From a bacterium (GTDB taxonomy: Bacteria; Methylomirabilota; Methylomirabilia; CAVQYV01), in assembly GCA_043800755.1 (NCBI GenBank), contig JAZDMQ010000046.1:1-15785 (forward strand): 15,785 nt of DNA, in the 5' to 3' direction. The notes under the pieces were generated by a model. The model did no database searches, was not told the DNA's origin, and saw only the letters and a list, made by a program, of their open reading frames with translations. Position numbers and translations under genes: made by a program. Position 1 is the stretch's first letter, and the number at the start of each line of letters is the position of its first letter. Shown here piece by piece: positions 1 through 6,012 of the stretch.

Positions 1-2569
1 CCAAATTGGTAACGACGTGTGCACGATAAAGCTGTACCCACGCCAAATCACCCCTCAGTTCCGTTCTTCCTTCTTTCACCAGCCGCTCCGAGATCGCAAT
101 GGCTTGGTCATATAACTTCACCGCGGCCCGATTGTCGCCCAGAGCCCGCAATGTATTGGCCTTGCTCAGGTAGGCCGCGGCTAGGTTGTTGGCCAGTTCT
201 CGCCGGCCTTCCTGATTCACCAGCCGCTCCCAGATCGCAATCGCCCGGTCGTATAACTGCACCGCAACCGCATTGTCGCCCACATCACTCAATGCAACCG
301 CCTTGTTCAGGTAGGCCCCAGCCAAGCCGTCAGCCAGTTCCTGCCGGCCTTCCTGATTCACCAGCCGTTCCCGGATCGCAATCGCCCGGTCATATAAATT
401 CACCGCGGCCCGATTGTCGCCCAGAGCACTCACCGCAAGTGCCTTGTTCAGGTAAGTCGTGGCCAAGCCGTCAGCCAGTTCTCGCCGGCCTTCCTGATTC
501 ACCAGCCGTTCCCGGATCGCAATCGCCCGGTCATATAAATTCACCGCAACCGCATTGTCGCCCAGATCACTCACCGCAAGCGCCTTGTTCAGGTAAGTCG
601 TGGCTAGGTCGTTGGCCAGTTCCTGCCGGCCTTCCTGATTCACCAGCCGTTCCCGGATCGCAATCGCCCGGTCATATAAATTCACCGCGGCCCGATTGTC
701 GCCCAGAGCACTCACCGAATTCGCCTTGCTCATATAAGCCATGGCCAAGCCGTCAGCCAGTTCCTGCCGGCCTTCCTGATTCACCAGCCGTTCCCGGATC
801 GCAATCGCCCGGTCATATAACTGCACCGCAACCGCATTGTCGCCCACATCACTCAATGCAACCGCCTTGTTCAGGTAAGTCGTGGCCAGGTTGTTGGTCA
901 GCTCACACCGCCCCTCCTGGTTCACCAGTCGGTCCCAGATCGAAATCGCCCGCTCGTACCAATCCAGTGCGGCCCGATTGTCTCCCAGAGCCCTCACCGA
1001 ATTCGCCTTGTTCAGATAAGCCATGGCCAAGCCGTTGGCCAGCTCCCACCGGCCTTCCTGATTCACCAGCCGCTCCCGGATCGCAATCGCCCGGTCATAT
1101 AACTGCACCGCAACCGCATTGTCGCCCACATCACTCACCGCAACCGCCTTGTTCATATACGCGCTTGCCAAACCGTCGGCTAATTCCCGCCTGCCTTCCT
1201 GGTTCACCAGCCGCTCCCAGATCCCAATGACTCGGTCGTAAGCGGTCAATGCGCCCGAAATGTCGTCCACATTCTCATGCACCAGCGCTCTTTCCATGCA
1301 CAAAACCGCCACATGTTCTTCCTGGGCTCTCTGTCCTTGCTTGATCAATCCTTCAAGAATGCACTGGGCCTCATCATAGAGGGCCAGGTCTGCGATCGCC
1401 TGCGCCTTGCGCGACTGGGCCGGCGCCGGCTGCGCCCGACCCGCCTCTGCCGGATCACGGCCTGCAGCCTGATAGGCCAACCGGAGCCATTCGCGAGGAT
1501 CTCGCCAGCCGACCCCCTCTACCCCCATGCGGTCGTGGGGAGCGACTTTCATGTCCGATATGCCCACCGCCGGCCTCGGCCGTGCGTAGCGCTTGCCCAC
1601 TGCTTCCTGGTAACATCCGATCAAAGTCTCTGCTGCCCCTGACATCTCCGACCACCGTTCTGCCGGATAGTGCGCGAGGCACCTCCGAAGAACATCGGCC
1701 ACTGCTTCCGGCATCTCCGGCAGGCCCGGCTCTGTCTGCCCGCTCTCCAGGAAGTCCATTAGAACCTCGGCGGCGATATGCCCGCCGTGCGGACACGATA
1801 CGCAACCCATGAACATGTCCAGTACGCTCACTCCCCACGACCAGATGTCGGTCTTGCGCGACAGCGGCTGACCAGCCCGTTGTTCCGGCGAGGCATAGGC
1901 CGGAGTCATGCCCCCGGAGCTGACCAGGATGCTCTTTTCGCCGGAGGGCAGCACGGGGGAAATGAATTGTCCCTCCGCGCCTCGCATTCGAGCCCGCGCC
2001 AGACCAAAGTCCGTCACTTTCGGCACACCGTTGCCTGTCATCAGCACATTGCTCGGCTTCACGTCCTGATGGATCAGCCCCCGCTGATGCATTGTGTGCA
2101 GGCCCCATGCGAACTGAATCGCGACGTCCAGAATTCGCTCCAGACTGGTCAGCTTGCCCTTGGCAATCCAATCGGCCAAAGATCCGCCTTCGACGAAATC
2201 GGCGAAGATAAGGATCTCCTCCCCCACGGTGCGGAAGAACCGGCAGGGGACGATGTTCGGGTGCTCCGGGAGGTCGATCCAGGTTTGAAGCTCGGCCAGG
2301 AAAGCCTTGCGGTGCTTTTCATCCCTGATCAGGGCCTGCTTCACCGCAAATGGGCGTCCGTTTGAGACGCTCTTGACGAGATAGACCTTACCCATTCCGC
2401 CCCGCCCCAGCTCCTTTTCCACGAGGTAGTCGCCCAGGATCACGGCACCGATGGTCCAGGCACCCGCCGGCGCGCCACCGGCCGGAGACGGTCGCGAAGG
2501 CGATGGACGGGACTTGTCCCTTGGCGGCTCGGAACCGCTACCAAACAGGTTGGAAAGCCACTTTGCCAT
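1..2569 (-). CDS. Ser/Thr protein kinase (Hanks type, non-RD) with a C-terminal TPR-like repeat array; 3'-partial, at least 856 aa
   Basis: Translated by hand from ATG at 2569 (SD AGGGGGAG upstream) with no stop down to position 2. Motifs: LGRGGMGKVY, FAVK, HPNIV, HQDVKPSN, DFG, TPAYASPEQ, DIWSWG, followed by helical 47-aa repeats. It is absent from the ORF track, presumably because it has no stop in the window. Confidence 0.95.
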   Translation of the reverse strand, partial: MAKWLSNLFGSGSEPPRDKSRPSPSRPSPAGGAPAGAWTIGAVILGDYLVEKELGRGGMGKVYLVKSVSNGRPFAVKQALIRDEKHRKAFLAELQTWIDLPEHPNIVPCRFFRTVGEEILIFADFVEGGSLADWIAKGKLTSLERILDVAIQFAWGLHTMHQRGLIHQDVKPSNVLMTGNGVPKVTDFGLARARMRGAEGQFISPVLPSGEKSILVSSGGMTPAYASPEQRAGQPLSRKTDIWSWGVSVLDMFMGCVSCPHGGHIAAEVLMDFLESGQTEPGLPEMPEAVADVLRRCLAHYPAERWSEMSGAAETLIGCYQEAVGKRYARPRPAVGISDMKVAPHDRMGVEGVGWRDPREWLRLAYQAAGRDPAEAGRAQPAPAQSRKAQAIADLALYDEAQCILEGLIKQGQRAQEEHVAVLCMERALVHENVDDISGALTAYDRVIGIWERLVNQEGRRELADGLASAYMNKAVAVSDVGDNAVAVQLYDRAIAIRERLVNQEGRWELANGLAMAYLNKANSVRALGDNRAALDWYERAISIWDRLVNQEGRCELTNNLATTYLNKAVALSDVGDNAVAVQLYDRAIAIRERLVNQEGRQELADGLAMAYMSKANSVSALGDNRAAVNLYDRAIAIRERLVNQEGRQELANDLATTYLNKALAVSDLGDNAVAVNLYDRAIAIRERLVNQEGRRELADGLATTYLNKALAVSALGDNRAAVNLYDRAIAIRERLVNQEGRQELADGLAGAYLNKAVALSDVGDNAVAVQLYDRAIAIWERLVNQEGRRELANNLAAAYLSKANTLRALGDNRAAVKLYDQAIAISERLVKEGRTELRGDLAWVQLYRAHVVTNL
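83..1210 (-). repeat. Eight tandem 141-bp (47-aa) TPR-like coding repeats
   Basis: The anchor ttcaccag recurs at 75, 216, 357, 498, 639, 780, 921, 1062 and 1203, an exact 141-bp period. Consensus protein: LVNQEGRxELAxxLAxxYLNKAxxxxxxGDNxxAVxLYDRAIAIRER. Confidence 0.95.
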
Positions 2570-2586
2570 TTGCTCCCCCTATCGAA

Positions 2587-3531
2587 CTACTGGGGTGAGA
2601 ACCCCGGAATTTCATGCGCGGCAATCATACTCTCGTCTTGTGGTTGGTGAAGCCGCTTTCGCGTGCGGCCTTCCGACACTGTTTTTCCGTCATCTTTCGG
2701 AGGGGCAGAGGAGGCCCGCATCCCAAAGAACACGACGACCGCCGTGATGTTGTCGTTGCTTCCCCTGGCCTTGGCCGCCTCAATCAGGTCCCGGCATATG
2801 GATTCCGGTGGGGCATTCTTCCCCAGAAACGCCCTGATTTGCTTGTCCGGCACGACACCCCACAAGCCGTCCGTACACAACAGGAAGCGATCGCCGATCT
2901 TCAGGCGAACCGAGGAGATGTCGGGATAGCTATCCTGCTCCATGCCGATGAAGCGGGTCAGTTGGCTGCGGCCCGGATGAAACGCGGCCATTCGTCTGGA
3001 AATTTCGCCTTCCCGCAGAAGCAAGGCCGTCAGGGAGTGATCCTGGGTCAAACACTGCAACCCATTTCGCCAGCGATAGACCCGGCTGTCGCCCAGGTTG
3101 GCAATGTGGGCCATCCGACCATGGACGAAGAGGCACGTCAGCGTCGAGCCCATCCCCCGCGTCCTTTCATTCCGTTGCCCCTCTGCCCGCACCGAGGCGT
3201 TTAATTCCAGGATGGCATTGCGGAGGGGAACTGCAATTCGGCCAGGCGTGGCGCCGAGATGACGATCCAGCAGCAGCGGGAAGCCTTTGGCCACTGCAAG
3301 GGCCGCCGCGGTCCCGGCCCTATGACCGCCCATGCCGTCCGCGACCAGGAACAGGCCGCGCTCGGTGTCCACGAAAAAGGCGTCCTGGTTGCTATCGCCG
3401 CGGAGGCCCTGATCGCTCAACCCGGCGGCCTGCAAAGCTGTTGATCTCTTGTCCATGTCGATCCACGGGGTTGCCGTTCTTGACTGCGGCATCTCCCTTC
3501 GCCGGGTTGGATGGTCGGCGGGTATGGGCAC
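2587..3531 (-). CDS. PP2C/PPM family (Stp1/PrpC-like) Ser/Thr protein phosphatase
   Basis: Motifs SDQGLRGDSNQD, LVADGMGGH, MGSTLT, NLGDSRVY, LTQDHS, LCTDGL, NDNIT. The start is uncertain (GTG 3531, ATG 3492 or ATG 3456). Confidence 0.93.
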   Translation of the reverse strand: MPIPADHPTRRREMPQSRTATPWIDMDKRSTALQAAGLSDQGLRGDSNQDAFFVDTERGLFLVADGMGGHRAGTAAALAVAKGFPLLLDRHLGATPGRIAVPLRNAILELNASVRAEGQRNERTRGMGSTLTCLFVHGRMAHIANLGDSRVYRWRNGLQCLTQDHSLTALLLREGEISRRMAAFHPGRSQLTRFIGMEQDSYPDISSVRLKIGDRFLLCTDGLWGVVPDKQIRAFLGKNAPPESICRDLIEAAKARGSNDNITAVVVFFGMRASSAPPKDDGKTVSEGRTRKRLHQPQDESMIAAHEIPGFSPQ

Positions 3532-3537
3532 TTGTTG

Positions 3538-4902
3538 CTACACCACTTTCCTCAGCGCCTTCAACATTTCCCCCGCATCGGCGAAGCGTTCCTTTGGGTT
3601 GTTGGAGAGCGAGCGGTCCAGCACCTGGGCCAGGGGCCCCGGAATGCGCCGGTCCCGTTCCTGTATGGGAATGAGGCGTCCGTGGAGGATCACTTCCATC
3701 GGGTCCTTTCCCTTCGGGAATTCGCGGGGCAGACATCCCGTGAGCATCAGGTAGAATGTGGCGGCGATGCTCCAGACATCGGCGGCGGGCTTGACGTACT
3801 TGAAGTTAGTCAGCTGCTCGCGAGGCATGAACGCCGGCGTGCCCGCATAGGTCCCGGTGATGGTCATGCCACTGAACCCGGCCCTCTCGAAGTTCTTGGC
3901 GAAACCGAGGTCCGCGATTTTGGCCGTCCGATTCTGCCGCTGTCTCTTGAGCAAGACGTTTTCCGGTTTGAGATCACGGTGAACGAGGCCTTTTGTGTGA
4001 ACGAAGGACAGTCCCTCCAAGGCCTGAACCATCAAGGGCGTCGCCTCGTCCAATACGAGCTTGCCGCCTCTCCGACGCAGCAGATCGCCGACACTTCCCG
4101 CCTCACAGTATTCCATGATGAAATAAAACGCCCCGCCGGCAGAGCCATGGCCGATCAGTTCCACTAAGTTGGCGTGCTTCAAGCCCTTCATGAGTTCGAT
4201 TTCGTGCCGGAATTTCTCGCGCGCGTCCCGGTCCACGGCGACCTGCGAAAGCATCACTTTCACGGCCACCGGAGTTCCCGTCTTCCGGCATTCCGCCAGA
4301 TATACGGCACCGAAGCCGCCTTCGCCGAGCTTTGCCTTGATCTCATAACCACGGATCGTCGGTGCACCTTGGGCCTGGGGCTCCTCGCCCTCATCCGCCA
4401 GCATCTTGATCAGGAGGGCAACGGGGTCATTCTCGATACTCTGCCGGCATTCCGCGCAGATATAGTCGCCGGCACGACCTTCTCCGATTTCCTCGCGGAC
4501 GTCTTTCGCGCAACGACGGCACAAGACGGGTTCCAGCACCCTGGGCGGGACTTCTACCTTGACCTTCAAGACCGTATCGCCTGCTTTGATCTCGTCGCCG
4601 TCCTTCAAGTCCACTTCGGGGTATGGCCGTTTCTGCCCTTGCTCCGGCGTCTCGCCTGCTCTCCGGCTGCCGATCTTCTCGCCGTTCACCCATGTCCCGT
4701 TGAGACTCCCGAAGTCGCGGATGCGCGCGTCCGGGGGATTCACCTCCAGGATGAAATGGTGCCGGGAGACCTGCAAATCATCGGGCAGACAGCAGTGACA
4801 GTCCTCCATCCGCCCAAAGAGAAACGTATCGTGCTCGTCGAACGCGAAGGTTTTGCCTTTCAGCTTGCCGGTTGTGACCTCAATGGTGACTTTGCCCGGC
4901 AT
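3538..4902 (-). CDS. FHA domain + Zn-ribbon + Ser/Thr protein kinase
   Basis: FHA motifs FGR, VSRHH and GSLNGTWVNG; CxxC-x17-CxxC; kinase motifs LGEGGFGAVY, AVK, HRDLKPEN, DLG, GTPAFMPRE, DVWS. SD GGAGG upstream of ATG 4902. Confidence 0.95.
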   Translation of the reverse strand: MPGKVTIEVTTGKLKGKTFAFDEHDTFLFGRMEDCHCCLPDDLQVSRHHFILEVNPPDARIRDFGSLNGTWVNGEKIGSRRAGETPEQGQKRPYPEVDLKDGDEIKAGDTVLKVKVEVPPRVLEPVLCRRCAKDVREEIGEGRAGDYICAECRQSIENDPVALLIKMLADEGEEPQAQGAPTIRGYEIKAKLGEGGFGAVYLAECRKTGTPVAVKVMLSQVAVDRDAREKFRHEIELMKGLKHANLVELIGHGSAGGAFYFIMEYCEAGSVGDLLRRRGGKLVLDEATPLMVQALEGLSFVHTKGLVHRDLKPENVLLKRQRQNRTAKIADLGFAKNFERAGFSGMTITGTYAGTPAFMPREQLTNFKYVKPAADVWSIAATFYLMLTGCLPREFPKGKDPMEVILHGRLIPIQERDRRIPGPLAQVLDRSLSNNPKERFADAGEMLKALRKVV

Positions 4903-5102
4903 TGATGCCTCCCTCTGCGTCGGTGATCAGCTGCGGCAGACGATAAAATTATGAATTTCTTATTTTCCCTCACTACTGTCCGGTTAAAGATCGAATAACG
5001 ACAACTGGTTGCAAGGCTCCTGTATTCATCAGCCATCTCCTTCTGCAAGAATGCAGGAGTATGGCATCTGGCAAGGACGGATTTCAAATCGATTATGGAC
5101 AT
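4860..5102 (-). pseudogene. Short hypothetical ORF, probably the N-terminal remnant of a truncated gene
   Basis: ATG at 5102 with a purine-rich SD (AAGAGGGG), 14 bp after the stop of the upstream ORF. The AT-rich body switches abruptly to GC-rich sequence near 4940 and reads out of frame into the FHA kinase. No family recognised. Confidence 0.35.
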
Positions 5103-5116
5103 TTCCCCTCTTAAAC

Positions 5117-5386
5117 CTACACCGTTAGCGGATTTCCGGGAATTATAAGCGGAAACGTTGGGACAGTACTGATGTCCATTGTTTCTTTACTGGTTGAATC
5201 CTTTTCCCTCATATAACGCTTCGCGGTGGTCTTGCAGTGTTCGATGATTTCTGGTGCTAAGGGCACAGGGGGATGGGAGATTCCAGCACCTACCATGAAG
5301 AAAAAAGGTGACTGTGACCCTCCGCCTGTTCCCTCCAATTTCTGACAGATGCGGCCAACGGCTTCGTCTAACTCTATCAGATGCAC
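5117..5386 (-). pseudogene. Truncated SIR2-like (sirtuin/NADase) protein, N-terminal fragment
   Basis: GTG start with a strong SD (AAGGAGGTG at 5394-5402). PFFFMVGAGISHPPVPLA matches the SIR2 GAGxS NAD-binding loop, but the ORF is only 89 aa and lacks the later TxNxD and HG motifs. Confidence 0.7.
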
Positions 5387-5426
5387 TCCTCCCCACCTCC
5401 TTCCTCATTTGCACATGATAGCCCTT

Positions 5427-5538
5427 CTACTTGCCGTCGAATCCTTGTTCTGTACATAGTTCCCGCACCCGGTCGGCTAACCGGGAGAAGCGACGCTGCA
5501 CCTTGTCGTTCCGGATCGCCATCCCCAGGGCCTTCTTG
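5427..5538 (-). repeat. Displaced duplicate of the recD2 3' end (direct repeat of 6030-6115), with its own tail TEQGFDGK*
   Basis: 5454-5537 and 6031-6114 both encode KKALGMAIRNDKVQRRFSRLADRVRELC. They are identical at 71 of 84 nt, offset by 577 bp, and all 13 differences are synonymous. Confidence 0.95.
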
Positions 5539-5569
5539 CTCGCGAAAGGGTCTCGCGCTTGCATGACGC

Positions 5570-5794
5570 CTACAGCTGCTCCAAGAGATCCTCGAGGTCG
5601 GCTCGGCTGAGACCGCACTGCTTGAGGATTCCCAGAAGGGTTCCCTTTGCCAGCTCTTCGTGAAGCGGCACGACTGTTTTGTAGCTCCCCTTCTGAAGAC
5701 TCATATGGCTTCCTCTTTGGCGGACTACCTGAAAGCCGGCCTTCTGCAGAGCTTTAATCAGCTCCTCACCTGAATGCATAGGAAGCTTAGGCAC
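5570..5794 (-). CDS. hicA: HicA family toxin (mRNA interferase)
   Basis: 74 aa, basic, LQKAGFQVVRQRGSH...VVPLH...GTLLGILKQ, with the conserved GSH histidine. Its GTG start overlaps the end of hicB. Confidence 0.92.
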   Translation of the reverse strand: MPKLPMHSGEELIKALQKAGFQVVRQRGSHMSLQKGSYKTVVPLHEELAKGTLLGILKQCGLSRADLEDLLEQL

Positions 5795-6008
5795 CGGCGA
5801 CTACCTCGAGCGGATACAGGAGGACTTCTCCGGTGCTTTCAGGCAAATCCTCCGTTCCGAAACTCTCAAGGTAGAGTTCCACTGCTTCCTGGAGGTTCGC
5901 CCGGGCCTCCTCTATTGTCTTCCCTTGACTTACCACTCCCAATTCTATGCAATGTGCGACATACCACTTCTCTTCCTTGGTGATGACCCCAGTGAATCTC
6001 TTGGACAT
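5787..6008 (-). CDS. hicB: HicB family antitoxin, short form (73 aa, no DNA-binding domain)
   Basis: Acidic protein, WYVAHCIELGVVSQGKTIEEARANLQEAVELYLE. ATG at 6008 with SD AAGGAGGTG (6014-6022) overlapping the recD2 stop. Confidence 0.92.
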   Translation of the reverse strand: MSKRFTGVITKEEKWYVAHCIELGVVSQGKTIEEARANLQEAVELYLESFGTEDLPESTGEVLLYPLEVVAGA

Positions 6009-6012
6009 CTTT

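Noticed and set aside
343..820. CRISPR-like regularly spaced identical 55-bp repeats
   Set aside because: The intervening segments are homologous to each other, the period is 141 bp and in frame within a CDS, and no cas genes are present.
83..1210. Diversity-generating retroelement TR/VR pair
   Set aside because: No reverse transcriptase is in the window, and the differences are patchwise rather than confined to adenines of one template copy.
19..1230. 403-aa Pro-rich repetitive ORF on the + strand
   Set aside because: It is the antisense shadow of the TPR repeat array; the minus frame is continuous with a clear kinase domain.
1455..2171. 238-aa minus-strand ORF from the track
   Set aside because: It is an alternate frame inside the kinase gene with no recognisable motifs.
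5427..5618. 63-aa ORF as a real small gene
   Set aside because: It overlaps hicA out of frame, has no evident SD, and is open mainly because it reads into the displaced recD2 end.
1..6012. Prophage, IS or classical integron as the explanation of the accessory region
   Set aside because: No integrase, transposase, phage gene, terminal inverted repeats or recognisable attC sites are visible in the window.
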